NCBI RefSeq assembly: GCF_006345805.1
Contig: NC_043007.1
Coordinates: 19,158,001 to 19,222,000 of the forward strand
Direction of reading: 5' to 3'
Origin: Octopus sinensis
Taxonomy: Eukaryota
Length of the DNA: 64,000 nucleotides
Shown: positions 1-54,414 of the stretch, one piece after another
How the letters are laid out: every line of letters begins with the position of its first letter
Position numbering within the stretch: the first letter of the stretch is position 1
The notes under the pieces: generated by a model
Seen by the model: the letters and a program-made list of their open reading frames with translations, nothing else
Database searches by the model: none
Told to the model about the DNA's origin: nothing
Program-made: the position numbers and the translations under genes

Positions 1-759
1 CCCGGAGCTCGCAAGATGGGAGAAGTCCGAAACGTGGTCCTTTGCTATTCGTAAGATCCGCAGAAGAGAAAGCAGGTCAACCCCGACACCGAGAGCATCG
101 ACGGATGGATGAATGCGCATCCAGGCTCAGCAGTTGCGTAGGAAATCGGGGACAAGAAACAGGAAGAAAGAGTGAGAGAAAGCTGGGGCGAAAGAGTACA
201 GCAGGGGTCGCCACCACCCCCTGCCGGAGCCTCGTGGAACGTTAGGGTTTTCGCTCAATAAACACACACAACGCCCGGTCTGGGAATCGAAACTGCGAGT
301 CTGCTGCCCTAACCATTGGGCCTCCTGGTGACGATGATGAAAAACCAGCCAAATTTCCTTCAAATTACTTGGATAAAGTATTCATTATTACTTTAGAATG
401 ATGGAATGGTCGAGGATGGAAGGCTTTAAATAGGTTTGCTCTATCACAGCTGACCTAAAGTTAAATAATATCAACCTAATGTAAAATGTAAATTATACCT
501 CCCCATGGTACCTATTAATATTGAGGTGAACATTGAGCACAACAAAGTCTACAACATCACACATTTCACCCTCAAACCAATGAGGGAACTTCTATAAGGT
601 TGCTTGACCTGCCAGAAATAGCAGCCAAATTTCTCTTTGAACCCATTCTTGATAAAGGGCACTGGATGGTCATGAATGGAAAGCTTTTGATCACAGGTTA
701 GCTCATTCAGGACTGACCCAGGGTTAAACAACACTAAATCTATTATTGACACTACTCTA

Positions 760-1000
760 TCACCAACACCACAACCACCACTACAACCAATACTACCAAC
801 AATAAAAACATCACAACTACCACCAACTTACACTCACCATTACCCACCTACTACCACCACCACCACCACCACCACCACCACCACTACTACTACCAATACC
901 ACCACTACTACTACTACTACTACTACCAACAACAACATTAATGGCATTACCACCACTGCTACAACCAAAGTTAACTACCACCACCACGACCACCACCAGC
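760..1000. repeat. (ACC/ACT)n trinucleotide-rich tract
   Basis: Directly visible. Confidence 0.85.
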
Positions 1001-1319
1001 TAACGCCAATCTCACGTCTCTCACTGCCAATTTCACACTGACCGCGTTTTACAGTTCAACTAATCAACTCCACTGATTGTTGTCTTCTCCACAGCCTCTC
1101 TCTGTCTCTCTCTCTCACTCACTGACAATCATCTCAGAGGTGGTATGGGTGGTAGTGTACTGTAGAAAGGTGGTATGGGTGGTAGTAACGGTGTATCTGT
1201 GGATGTAGCTCTTGTTGTAGTGATTCTGTGGTGATTAGTGTCAGCGTTGTAGTAATGATGGTAGTATAGGAGCTGGTTGTAGTGTCATTATTGTGATAGA
1301 TGTATTTGTTGTAGTGTTG

Positions 1320-3490
1320 TGGTAGTTGTGCCGGTAGTGTGATTGTGGTTGTGGTAGTTGTGTGGTTGCTGTTATGGTAGTTGTGACGGTAGCATGATTG
1401 CTGTTGTGGTAGTTGTGACAGTGGTGTGATTGCTGTTGTGGTAGTTGTGACGGTGGTGTGATTGTGTTGTGGTAGTTGTGACGGTGGTGTGATTGCTGTT
1501 GTGGTAGTTGTGACGGTGGTGTGATTGCTGTTGTGGTAGTTGTGACGGTAGTGTGATTACTGTTGTGGTAGTTGTGATGGTGGTGTGATTACTGTTGTGG
1601 TAGTTGTGACGGTAGTGTTATTGTGGTTGTGGTAGTTGTGACGGTAGTGTGATTACTGTTGTGGTAGTTGTGATGGTAGTGTGATTGTGGTAGTGGTAGT
1701 TGTGACGGTAGTGTGATTACTGTTGTGGTAGTTGTGACGGTAGTGTGATTGTGGTAGTTGTGACGGTAGTGTGATTACTGTTGTGGTAGTTGTGATGGTA
1801 GTGTGATTGTGGTTGTGGTAGTTGTGACGGTAGTGTGATTGTGGTTGTGGTAGTTGTGACGGTAGTGTGGTTGCTGTTGTGGTAGTTGTGACGGTAGTGT
1901 GATTGCTGTTGTGGTAGTCGTGACGGTGGTGTGATTGCTGTTGTGGTAGTTGTGACGGTAGCATGATTGCTGTTGTGGTAGTTGTGACGGTAGTGTGATT
2001 GCTGTTGTGGTAGTTGTGACGGTGGTGTGATTACTGTTGTGGTAGTTGTGACGGTAGTGTGGTTGCTGTTGTGGTAGTTGTGACGGTGGTGTGATTACTG
2101 TTATGGTAGTTGTGACGGTAGTGTGATTGTGGTTGTGGTAGTTGTGACGGTGGTGTGATTACTGTTGTGGTAGTTGTGACGGTGGTGTGATTACTGTTGT
2201 GGTAGTTGTGACAGTGGTGTGATTGCTGTTGTGGTAGTTGTGACGGTAGTGTGATTGCTGTTCTGGTAGTTGTGACGGTAGCGTGATTGCTGTTGTGGTA
2301 GTTGTGACAGTGGTGTGATTGCTGTTGTGGTAGTTGTGACGGTAGTGTGATTGCTGTTCTGCTAGTTGTGACGGTAGCGTGATTGCTGTTGTGGTAGTTG
2401 TGACAGTGGTGTGATTGCTGTTGTTGGTAGTTGTGACGGCAGTTGTGATTACTGTTGTGGTAGTTGTGATGGTGGTGTGATTACTGTTGTGGTAGTTGTG
2501 ACGGTGGTGTGATTACTGTTGTGGTAGTTGGACGGTAGTGTGGTTGCTGTTGTGGTAGTTGTGACGGTGGTGTGATTACTGTTGTGGTAGTGTGACGGTA
2601 GTGTGATTGTGGTGTGGTAGTTGTGACGGTGGTGTGATTACTGTTGTGGTAGTTGTGACAGTGTGTGATTACTGTTGTGGTAGTTGTGACAGTGGTGTGA
2701 TTGCTGTTGTGGTAGTTGTGACGGTAGTGTGATTGCTGTTCTGGTAGTTGTGACGGTAGCGTGATTGCTGTTGTGGTAGTTGTGACAGTGGTGTAATTGC
2801 TGTTGTGGTAGTTGTGACGGTAGTGTGATTACTGTTGTGGTAGTTGTGATGGTGGTGTGATTACTGTTGTGGTAGTTGTGACGGTAGTGTGATTGCTGTT
2901 GTGGTAGTTGTGACGGTAGCATGATTGCTGTTGTGGTAATTGTGACGGTGGTGTGATTACTGTTGTGGTAGTTGTGATGGTGGTGTGATTACTGTTGTGG
3001 TAGTTGTGACGGTAGTGTAATTACTGTTGTGGTAGTTGTGACGGTAGTGTAATTGCTGTTGTGGTAGTTGTGACGGTAGTGTGATTACTGTTGTGGTAGT
3101 TGTGATGGTGGTGTGATTACTGTTGTGGTAGTTGTGACGGTGGTGTGATTACTGTTGTGGTAGTTGTGACGGTAGTGTGATTGCTGTTGTGGTAGTTGTG
3201 ATGGTGGTGTGATTACTGTTGTGGTAGTTGTGACGGTGGTGTGATTACTGTTGTGGTAGTTGTGACGGTGGTATGATTACTGTTGTGGTAGTTGTGACGG
3301 TAGTGTGATTGCTGTTGTGGTAGTTGTGACGGTAGTGTGATTGCTGTTGTGGTAGTTGTGACGGTAGTGTGATTACTGTTGTGGTAGTTGTGATGGTGGT
3401 GTGATTACTGTTGTGGTAGTTGTGACGGTGGTGTGATTACTGTTGTGGTAGTTGTGACGGTAGTGTGATTGCTGTTCTGGTAGTTGTAGT
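1320..3490. repeat. 32-bp minisatellite (GCTGTTGTGGTAGTTGTGACGGTAGTGTGATT)n, about 2.2 kb
   Basis: Tandem units are directly visible; the 32-aa periodicity of track ORFs equals 3 units. Confidence 0.95.
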
Positions 3491-4157
3491 GTAATAGTTG
3501 TGTTGTGGTATGAGTGGTAGTAGTAGTGGTTATTGAGGAGTTAACCATAATTATAGTATTGGCATAGTAGTGGTTGTGCTGTCAATGTTAGCAGTATCTG
3601 TTGTAGTTGGGGTAGTTGTTGGTGTGGTGATGGCAGTTAAAGGGGTAGTATTCTTGTACTGCCACTGATTATATTTTCATCTTGTATTGATCACACATTG
3701 ATTTCAAATTCTGGTACAAGGCCAGCAAGTTTTGTGGTGGGTAGGATCAATCGATTGCATTGACCTAAGTATACAGCTGGTACTTTATTGACCCCTGAAA
3801 AGAAGAAAAAGCAAAGTCGACCTCAGTGGAATTTGAACTCAGAACATAATCTTCCAGAGTTGTCATATGGCAGTGATATCATTTAATCCCAGCTATGGCC
3901 TATTCCAGCTGAGCAAAAGCAATCCAGCTATGGCCATCCCGACTTTTAACTTCTTTGACGTCATTTTATTACTTGGTGTTGGTGTCACATACAAAACACC
4001 CATTACATTCTCTGAAGTGGTTGGCATTAGGAAGGGTGTCGGGCAGCAGAAATATCACAGTCCTCTAATTTGCCAGCTCTTGTCAAACTGTCCAACCCAT
4101 GCCAGCATGGAAAATGGACATTCAATGACAATGTACTGACCAGTTTAACCTTCTCTC

Positions 4158-4252
4158 TTTAGAATGGTAGGCTTTGTGACTTGACCCTTTAGAACGATAG
4201 GGTTTGTGACTTGACCCTTTAGAATGATAAGGTTTGTGACTTGACCCTTTAG
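4158..4252. repeat. 30-bp tandem repeat, 3 copies, abutting the 5' end of an RTE fragment
   Basis: TTTAGAA...TTTGTGACTTGACCC at 4158, 4188 and 4218. Confidence 0.85.
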
Positions 4253-4254
4253 CT

Positions 4255-5182
4255 TTCAGATTACTTTGTAAAATGTGCCATGCTTCACGGTAGTGAAACA
4301 TGGGCTGTGACTGCAGAGGACATGCGTAGGCTTGAAAGAAATAAAGCTAGCATGATCCGCTGGATGTGTAATGTCAGTGTGCACACACGACAGAGTGTAA
4401 GCACCCTGAGAGAAATGCTGGACACAAGAAGCATCGGATGTGGTGTGCAAGAGAGACGTTTGCACTGGTACGGTCATGTACTGCGGATGGCTGAGGAGAG
4501 ATGTGTGAAGAAGTGTCACTCCCAAACAGTTGAAGGTATCTGGGGGAGAGGTAGACCCAGGAAGACATGGGATGAGGTGGTCAAGCATGACCTTCCAACG
4601 TTCGACCTCACAGAGGCAATGACGAAAGACCGAGATCTCTGGAGATATGCTGTGACTGTGAAGACCCGACAAATAATGAGTTCATGGCTGCTTCCTGCAC
4701 CAGTTTCAAATAGCCCCAGCCCATCCAAAGTACTTTGGATCGCAGAACGACCTGCTGTGCTTACCTTGGATCGTAGGGTGACCTGCTGTGCTTGAGGAGA
4801 CCTATTGAGTCAAGTACATCAACATCAAAATAAATATCAAATGGAAATTGTAGTTGTGATACCTTTGCCTGTGGCACGTAAAAAGCACCATCCGAACGTA
4901 GCCGATGCCAGCGCCGTCCTGACTGGCTTCTGTGCCAGTGGCACGTAAAAAGCACCAACCAATCATGGCCGCTGCCAGCCTCCCCTGGCACCTGTGCCGG
5001 TGGCGCATAAAAAGCACCCACTACACTCACTGAGTGGTTGGCGTTAGGAAGGGCATCCAGCCATAGAAACACTGCCAGATCAGACTGGGGCCTGGTGCAG
5101 CCTCCTGGCTTCCCAGACCTCAGTCGCACCGTCCAACCCAAGCTAGCATGGAAAATGGATGTTAAACGATGATGATGATGAT
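4255..5182 (+). mobile_element. 5'-truncated RTE-clade LINE (ORF C-terminus, 3' UTR, (ATG)n tail)
   Basis: LHGSETWAVTAEDMRRLERN...RRLHWYGHVLRM...GRGRPRKTW is a typical RTE C-terminus; tail of ATG repeats. Confidence 0.9.
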
Positions 5183-7195
5183 TTGCTGTTAATATCTTTT
5201 AATTCTTCATACATTAAGTATGTTAACTTAAATTTTTCCTGATGTCTTTGAACTCTCTGGAACATTCAATTGTTTAATCATCTTGTTAAAATAGTATATG
5301 GCTGAGTATTCCACGGATGTGATTCTGTAGCAAAAGTCAATGACACAACATACAAGATGGCAGCTCGTTGAATGACCTGTACAATCCAGCTGTGAAGCTT
5401 CCACACAATTTCCCTATCAAAATTCCGTTCACAAGCTGAGATGATTTTATGATAAAATCGAATAAAAAAAAAACACATTTGTCGCAGATACCAGACAATG
5501 GAATTGAACCAAGGACCCCAGATTGCAAAGCAAACTTCATAATGACTCAGCCAAATAACTGCAGTAGTTTCAGTCGACCTCCTCTAAGATGGCTTCCTTC
5601 CTCTTAGTCATCAACTCCTTGTAAAACAGAAGCCATTTTTTCCTGTTGCATCATTGAAGGCAATAAAGAATTTGGCCTTTTTGAAAGCCATGGAATTTTC
5701 AGATGTTTTGGCATCCCTGGTTTGCTGCTGGTATATTTGACAAGTTTTAACCCTTTGGCCACATCAAGCCAAAATATACTACCTTCTGTGGGTTCAAACC
5801 AGCCAGATCCAGCCTCTCACACCTACCCTACAATGTCATTCTGAAAACAAGCAATCCCATCATTAAAATCTCAAAGCTTCATGACAATGCATGATTAATT
5901 CTAAACAAACATTACTTTTGACAGAGGTGAAGGCACATGGCCTAGTGGTTAGAGTAGCGAACTCGCGGTCAAGGGATCACGGGTTCAAATCTCAGACCGG
6001 GCGATGTGCGTGTTTATGAGTGAAACACCTGAGCTCCATGCGGCTCTGGCAGAAGGTAATGGTGAACTTCTGCTGACTCTTTCGCCACAACTTTCTCTCA
6101 CACAATGACACCAGGTTACTTCATCATAAACAACAGTATAATCAGCAGCATCATAAACTACCATCAAACAGCATCTCAGGTGAGCCAATTAGGGAGCAGG
6201 TAGACATGATCGAGGGATCAGCCGGCTAGAAATAGCAGCCAGATCTCCTTGAAACCACAACGAAACACCTTTAAAAAACAAATAAGGACACTCAATAATA
6301 AAGATTATGGTACACTACTAAAAGAAAAACAAAATCAAAAGAGGAAGGTCATGACTAGATTGGTGAATTAGGACTGATTAAGGGATTAACAGGACATCAA
6401 TAATCCCAGAGAAAGCAGTTTGGTCCAGCAGAAAACAGCGTTGCACTTGTAAACCTGAAACCCTTATAACAGAACAATAAAACTAAATGGCAAAACAGTC
6501 AGGTTTATGGGTGTATTGACCCTTTTTTAATTAATCTGGTTGATGGGTTATGGGGTCAGGTAGGTGGGTGGATGATATACAGTTTTTGATGGTCAAATTA
6601 ATGTACAAGTGGAAGAGGCAGGATGTATACATATATGCATATACATATGTACATTCATATATACATATATATGTTAAGATGTATATAAACATACGCACAA
6701 ATGCACACATATACACATTTTTATATATATATATATATATACACCCATACATGTATGTACACACATATATATGCACATACATACATTAAGATGTATATAA
6801 AAATATGCACACATTCATGTATGGGTATACATATACACATTTATATATATATATCCATATATATATAAATAGAAGTACATGCATATATACATGTGTATAT
6901 ATGCATACATTCATGCACACACACACACACATTATACATACACATATCTGTGTGTGTGTATACATATATATATGAGGAAATGATGGCACAATTATGATAT
7001 CTGGAAAAAAAAAATCAACTTCAACCAGAAAAGTCAACTGGAAATTTGGAAAAAGAATTTAAAAAAAAAAAAAAACACATCTACCAAAAGTCTAGTAATG
7101 TTTTTTTTTTTCTTTTTGATTTTTTTTGTTTTGTTTTTATCATACAAAGTGCCTGCTTGCAACAGGCTCACTCGACCACCCCCATTCACACAATG

Positions 7196-47217
<40,022 letters not shown>

Positions 47218-47719
47218 GATGGGTGCTTTTGTTGTGGTTTTTGCTGTTTTCACTTTATTCAATGAAGTTCGTAGCACGTTTCGTAAATAACCACCAAGGT
47301 GTCTTTCTCTCTCTCTCTCTTCAATAATATCTTGTTATTATTTAACCGTAATTGTAGCTTCATAGGCTTATCCTTTCATTGTGCTGATGACGATGATGAT
47401 GGTATTCATCATTATTATTATTATAAACCAGGGGTGATTTCTTCTGATTCATAATATATGTTGTAATGTTTATTGTTGATGTTATTGTGAATTGTCTTTC
47501 ATTGAGTTTTTTGTTATTCTTTTTAAATAAGATCTACCGTTGAGGTATATAATGGGGGGTTTTCTTTATATATATATAATTATAAACACTCACACAGAAT
47601 CCACAACGGGGTTAAAGGTTCCACTCTTAATAAAACTGTGAATGAGGTACATCAAGAGTGTGTAGCTATGTGTACCAGAGCATGGTGATAGGGGGGTAAA
47701 AAGGAACCACACATTCATA

Positions 47720-47910
47720 TACACACACACATATACACGATCTTATAGTCTTACACACACATATATATATACATATGTATATATACACACACACACATAT
47801 ATATCTTTGTATATGTGTGTGTATGCCTGTACTGATTAACGTACTTCTTTATATATATACACAAATACACGATGTTATAGTCTTACACACATATATATAT
47901 ATACACACAC

Positions 47911-47958
<48 letters not shown>

Positions 47959-48280
47959 GGATATATATATATGTATCTTTGTATATATGTGTGTGTATGC
48001 TTGTACTGATTAACGTACTTCTTTATATATATACACAAATACACGATGTTATAGTCTTACACACATATACACACACACGTATATATATATACACACATAT
48101 ATATATATACACACATGTATATATATATGTGTGTATGTATCTTTGTATATGTGTGTGTATGCGTGTAGTGATTAACGTGCTTCTTTCTATATATATATAC
48201 AGCACACAGATTTTAAAAGCAAAGGCTACAGCCAGCTATATATATATAGTAATATATTTATATATATACATACAAGTTCT
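47720..48280. repeat. TA/CA microsatellite field containing a compound unit repeated about 3 times
   Basis: TATCTTTGTATAT...GATTAACGT and CACGAT.TTATAGTCTTACAC recur three times. Confidence 0.85.
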
Positions 48281-48289
48281 CCTCTTCCG

Positions 48290-48570
48290 ACCAAAACACT
48301 TCCAAGTCAGCTCAGCTCAACACAAACTTGGCCGGCGCTCCACAATGGCAGCGCTGCCGGAAGTAGAAACTGATTAGCGGAAGTCAAGGAAGAGGTTGCC
48401 GACGAGACACTGAGGGAGTAGTAGCGGGAGCTGAGGGCGAAGACGAGGGTGCAGTTTAAATGGCAAGATGGTGGCACTCGGTGGCTGACTGTTGGGGAGG
48501 TCGTTCGAAAATCGTTCCGATCGGGCGGTTTGCCCCGATTAATGTAAACCCTTCCGTGCCAGATGTCCCA
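48290..48570. promoter_or_regulatory. CpG-rich, promoter-like segment about 1.1-1.35 kb upstream of the RTF1 ATG
   Basis: Local GC/CpG enrichment; ETS-like CCGGAAGT and GCGGAAGT motifs and a YY1-like CAAGATGG motif. Confidence 0.45.
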
Positions 48571-49287
48571 ATCGAACACTCAGGCATGGATGTGTGGCCT
48601 GGGTTTTAGCCATATCGGTCGTTTGCTAGTAGAAATCTCTCATCTGGGCAACACCATGGCTACATATAGCAGTAGTTCGCTCACTGAACTGGTTGATCCC
48701 GGCCGTTGACTGTTAACTTCATCCCTGTTCATCCTCTTAGCATCTAGCGTTATTCGCCATGCCGAAATAATCCACATTCACCATTCTGCATCCATCCCAT
48801 GATTTTCACAGTGCCCCCTGGCTCGGGTGGTGGTGGTTCACATACTATTATTCAACCCTTATAACTAACAAACCGCTTTCTGTATCTCTAGTGAGATATC
48901 GGTTCGGTAGTTCCAGAGTTTTGAGGTGGTGGAACCACCCCGTAGCCACTATTATCCCCAGATCTTCACCTACCCGGTGTAGTAGCACCTGTCAAGGCGT
49001 CTACGAATAATAGGAAATTAATATCTACACTATAATATAGCAACCTAAAAATGTGAACTACTGTCATTATTCTTCGCAGAAAAAGACATGAACGGCTTAG
49101 ATTTCCCATCTTTTGTCCATCCCTTTACAAACCCCATGCTTATTTTAGTTAAGATCCAACCCGGTGATCTCAAGTCCTCGATCCTTAAATTTTCATTTAT
49201 CATATTTTCCACGAGATTTCGATAATACGAGGCTGGTTTAACCGTATATACCATATTTTCAGCACATACACACGTCCTCTTATTTCC

Positions 49288-49332
<45 letters not shown>

Positions 49333-50104
49333 CCATATATATATATATATGTATGTATATTTATACATACGCATGTATATATATGTGTGTGTGTGTATAT
49401 ATATGTATATGGCGAAGTTTCGACGGAAATCTGTGCTACTACAACCGAAACTATGCCATGTATATTTATACATACGCATGTATATATATATATATATATA
49501 TATTATGGTAGATAAAAAGAGCGGGTTTTGTTTTTCATATAGCTGTATGTGCATAGCATTTGCTTGGAACGATTGATTATATAATTCACAATTCTGTTTA
49601 TATATATATATGTTTTATGAGTATATATACGCGACTGAGAAACAGGACACAGGGGGATAAATGTACCTTGGAACATATGGAACGAGAAGACAAATACGCA
49701 TCCATTGTGATTATAGCTTAAAACGAAAGCAACCTTGTAATCATTTCATTATTACGCAGTTTATACAATACACACTAAACATACATACATCATGTGTGTA
49801 TATATATAGATATATATAGATGTATATTATGCAGAGGCAGGGAGCATTTAATGCGTTTTTAATGTGTATTAATAAAAATGGAAACTATCCATAACTGGCG
49901 CAAAATTTTTATCAACAGGATATGCAATCGGTCGTCAACCTTTCCATATATATTCGGATATATAAATGAATACAAACATATATATATTGATGAAAATGGT
50001 AAGACAACAAAAGAATGAGAGAGACATCGATATTATGTAAATAGAGGAATTTATCTGTAAATTTACATATATATATATATACATATACACGCACACACAC
50101 ACAC

Positions 50105-50168
<64 letters not shown>

Positions 50169-50177
50169 TATAATATA

Positions 50178-50265
<88 letters not shown>

Positions 50266-50963
50266 TCTATATATATATAATCACGGTTATTTGGAAAGAT
50301 ATCGTAATTTTATTTCTTAATCGGGAAGTATATATTTTATGAGGCGTATTTCATGTCTTTTGGAGTAACTCGATTTTCAAGGTATTTTGGTAAAAAGCAA
50401 AAAAAAAGTGGGGTTGATAAAAGTCTCCCTTAGAACGAAAATATATAGCACCCACACATATGCACAGAACATAGAGGATATCCCATCAAATCAGCAATTT
50501 TATATTCGTAAACATGACACTCGGAACACATGGCACACATATATATGTCCGTTACATATACATACATGTAGTCAATATATATATATGTGGGATCAATCAC
50601 TGTGGAATGTTAATTTTTTAGCGAAAACAGATCGTGATCAAATATTAATTCCTGCTTGTGATTATTTCATTTTAATCACGACCCCCGGCCAGTGTCCGTC
50701 CATGCGCGGAAGATACAAACATCGCCAACTTTATTTCCCCCTTAAAACCTTAGCTCGGCCATCGCTGGAAATTTTGATTTTATGACTGATTACCCTCAGA
50801 TGAAATATTTTGATTGCATTACTGAAAAGATCCTTACTGCCTCCTTTAAACGATCATACGCTTTAGATAAACTACCTTTATTTTATACATACAACCATAC
50901 CTTATATGTATGTACGTATGTATCTATCTATCTATCTATATATATATATATATATATTATCTA

Positions 50964-51342
50964 TCTATATATAAACGGCAGTTTGTCTGTGCGTGTTTCT
51001 GTGTGTCTGTTTGCTTGTACCCTCACCCTGACCACGGCTTTCAACCGATTCTGATGAAACTTGACACACACATAGCCCAATGTCATAATTCAAAACTAAC
51101 GCAGCGAAAATTTTGAAAAGTTCCCCCTGTTCTGAAAAAAATCGATAAATTCGACATGGGGTCGAGAATCAGAAACACGAACCACAAACTGTCTAGGGGA
51201 CGCAACTCCACCTTTTTTAATCTCAAAAAAAATTTACCATCATTTTTTTCCATTTTTTTGCTATTTTTTGGCTATAACTCTCTAAAAATGCTTTATAGTT
51301 ATTTCCCTTACAAACCTGAGCAACGCCGGGCGATACTGCTAG
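50964..51342 (+). mobile_element. Non-autonomous Helitron
   Basis: 5' TC start (TCTATATATAAA); 3' CCTGAGCAACGCCGGG hairpin-like motif then CTAG; flanked by A and T in a TA microsatellite. Confidence 0.8.
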
Positions 51343-51352
51343 TATATATATA

Positions 51353-51396
<44 letters not shown>

Positions 51397-51397
51397 T

Positions 51398-51446
<49 letters not shown>

Positions 51447-54109
51447 TTGTATATATATGTATATATATATATGTATATATATGTGTATATATATATATAT
51501 ATGTATATATATTTATATATATGTGTGTGTGTGTCTATCGTCGAACAATCCATAAGTCAGAAATATCTATACTTATATGTTTGTCTCCCCAACCCCCGTT
51601 TGACAAACGGGTGTTACTTTGTTTACGTGCAAATAACTTAGCAGTTCAGCTTAAGAGATCCATAGAATGAATGTGTACCTGACTTTCAAAAAAAAAAAAA
51701 AAGCACTGGGGTTGATTTTTTTTTTTTTTTGTCTAAGGCGGTTTAAGGCGGTGCCCTTTTAAATGGCCCCAGTCCAGTAACTGAAAACGAACATAAATGT
51801 GTGTGTGTGTGTGTGTGAATCATCGTCTCCTATTGCCTTTACTCCAGCTGGGGGGTGAAAACAACAAACCCTCAACAATGTTAGAGAGTGATGATAAGGT
51901 AAAGGTCTTTCTTTTGTGAAATTGCCCCCCCCCCCTGTAGCAGATGATGTGATAATTAGCATTTGATAGCAGCATAGGCCAACTCAGAACCCGGCTCATC
52001 AACCCATCCAACCCATGCTAGCATAGGAAAAAGGATGTTAAATGATGATGATGATGGTTGTAAAAAGCACCAAGAACACTCTGTAAAGTGGTTGGGGTTA
52101 TGAAGGGCATCCACCTGGAGGAATCATGCTAAAACATACAGTGGAGCCTGGGGCAGCTCCTGTCAAACAGTGCAACCCATGTCATTAGACATGTGGCCAT
52201 GCTAGGGCACTCTGTCTTGAAGAATTTTAGCCAAACAGATCAGCCCTTGAACTTTATTTTTTTTAAGACCGCTACTTATTCTATTGGTCTCTTTTTGCCA
52301 AACCACTAAGTTACAAGAGTGTAAACACACCAACACCGGTTGACAAGTGGCAGTGAGGGACCACAAAGACACAAAGCACACACACACACACACATACATA
52401 TAAGGCTTCTTTCATTTTCCTTCTACCAAATCAATTTACAAGGCTTTTGGTTGGCCCAAGACTGTAATAGATGTGCCCAAGGTGTCACACAGTGGGACTG
52501 AACCTGGAACCATGTGGTTGGGAAGCAAACTTCTTACCACACAGCCATACCAGTTAGAGGAACCTTTTCTGGCCCTTTTCAAGGTCTCTGGCTTTGGAAA
52601 GGAGGAAATTTAACCTGTCTGGAAACCTGACCTTATCTGACCTGAAGACTCACCACAGAGGTCAAGCGGTGGTGCTAAAATCTGAATGTGAGAAGCATGG
52701 TAAGGAATCTAATCCTGCTTTGGCTTAATAGGTTTAAACCTTTAGTATTCAAACCAGCCATCATCATCATTATAATCATCATCATTATAATCATCATCAT
52801 TGTCATCATCATCCAGTGTTTTAAATCCGGGTTTTGTGCCTGTCAACGGGGGTGGCTGGATCTACCTCAATGCCATAGCAACTGAGGTAGACAGGTGCAG
52901 CCCACCCCAACCTTTGGGCTGGCTGGCTGGTACCAGTTCTTTGCTATCATATTCAGCCCAAATTATCTGTTTTCAAACCAGCCAGATCCAGCCTCTCACA
53001 CCTACCCTACAAAGTCCTTCCAAAAATAATCAATCACATTACAAAAGTCTTAAATCCATGATTAATTCAAAACAATGTGAATAAATAATCATTGCATCTG
53101 ACAGGATAATTAGAAGGCTAAAGGGATAATCCATGGCAATTTTTAATCCTCACAAACACCAGGTTCTCAGTTTTCAGATCAAATCAAATTTCCAGTCTCT
53201 TCTCAGAATTGATCCCTATTGCCAGTGACCCCTGATTGGCTCCTGTGCTGGTAGCACCTAAAAAGCACCATCCGAACATAGTCGATGCCCCTGACTGGCT
53301 GGCTCCTGTGCCAGTGGCACGTAAAAAGTACCATGCAAACATGGTCAATACTAGTGCCCCCTGATTGGTTCCCATACCAGTGGTATGTAAAAAGCACTCA
53401 CTACATTCTCGGAGTGGTTGGCATTAGGAACGGCATCCAGCTGTAGAACCTTGCTAGATCAGATTGAAGCCTGATGCAGCCTACTGGCTTGCCAGTCCTC
53501 AGTCAAACCTAACCCATGCCAACATGGAAAGTGGACATTAAATGATGATGATGATGGTGATAGCTAGGTGGGGTGGCTGGTGCAGCAAATGTCACTGGTC
53601 ACTCTTCACAAAGCTAGGTAATTGACTACAACTCTCTGTGCAATAATCACCATCATCGTCGTTTAACGTCCGTTTTCCATGCTGGCATGGGTTGGACGGT
53701 TCAACTGGGGTCTGGGAAGCCAGAAGGCTGCGCCAGGCCCAGTCTGATCTGGCAGTGTTTCTACGGCTGGATGCCCTTCCTAACACCAACCACTCCGTGA
53801 GTGTAGTGGGTGCTTTATACGTGCCACCTGCACAGGTGCCAGATGAGGCTGGCAAACGGCCATGATCGGATGGTGCTTTTTACGTGCCACCGGCACGGGG
53901 GCCAGTAAAGGGTGGAGAAAATGGCTGGCTGGATATATAGATGCATAGACATACACACACATACATGCCTGCATACACACATACATGCATGCTTGCATGC
54001 ATACATACATATGTACATACATACACACATACATACACACATACATACACACATACATACATACACACGTACATACACACACACACGCACACACACATAC
54101 ATACATTCC

Positions 54110-54314
54110 TTATGAGAGAGTTTGGTCGATGGGGCAGGGATACATGCTCTCATCGAAGGTGGAACATTGCTATTGAGAGAAACGGTGACTATGTTGAGAA
54201 GTAGGGATGTGATTCACAGAGGACCAACTTCATTTTGATGTATGATACATGCTCCTGTGATGGTAATTATACCTGTCTTAAACAAAATGGCATTACTTTT
54301 TGACTCACCCTCAT
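54110..54314 (+). mobile_element. mariner 3' relic with TIR
   Basis: GIHALI..WNIAIERNGDYVEK* with a frameshift; terminus GGCATTACTTTTTGACTCACCCTCATA. Confidence 0.75.
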
Positions 54315-54368
54315 ATATTGTACATTATTTACATTGGACGGATATGTGTCCTCATCTTGTTTGTTGTT

Positions 54369-54414
54369 AACACAACGTTTTGGCTGATATACCCTCCAGC
54401 CTTCATCAGGTGTC
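54369..54414 (-). ncRNA. Hammerhead motif copy with a core mutation (GAAA to AAAA)
   Basis: Reverse complement of the same repeat (about 54318-54463); G12 is replaced by A. Confidence 0.6.

Noticed and set aside
20-110. GAAACGTGGTC as a hammerhead half in SINE tail 2
   Set aside because: There is no CTGANGA partner at a suitable position in either copy (1 and 55100).
1653-2922. His/Thr/Gln-rich ORFs (LPSQLPQQQSH...)
   Set aside because: They are translations of the 32-bp minisatellite. The unit is not a multiple of 3 and the frames break repeatedly.
5278-5760. Short ORFs downstream of RTF1
   Set aside because: Multiple stops and no recognisable motif. Possibly an old TE relic, but unsupported.
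47775-48377. 200-aa ORF and similar YI/CV/HT-rich ORFs (6531, 46557, 49912, 51156, 53780)
   Set aside because: They arise from TA/CA/GATA microsatellites that lack stops in some frames.
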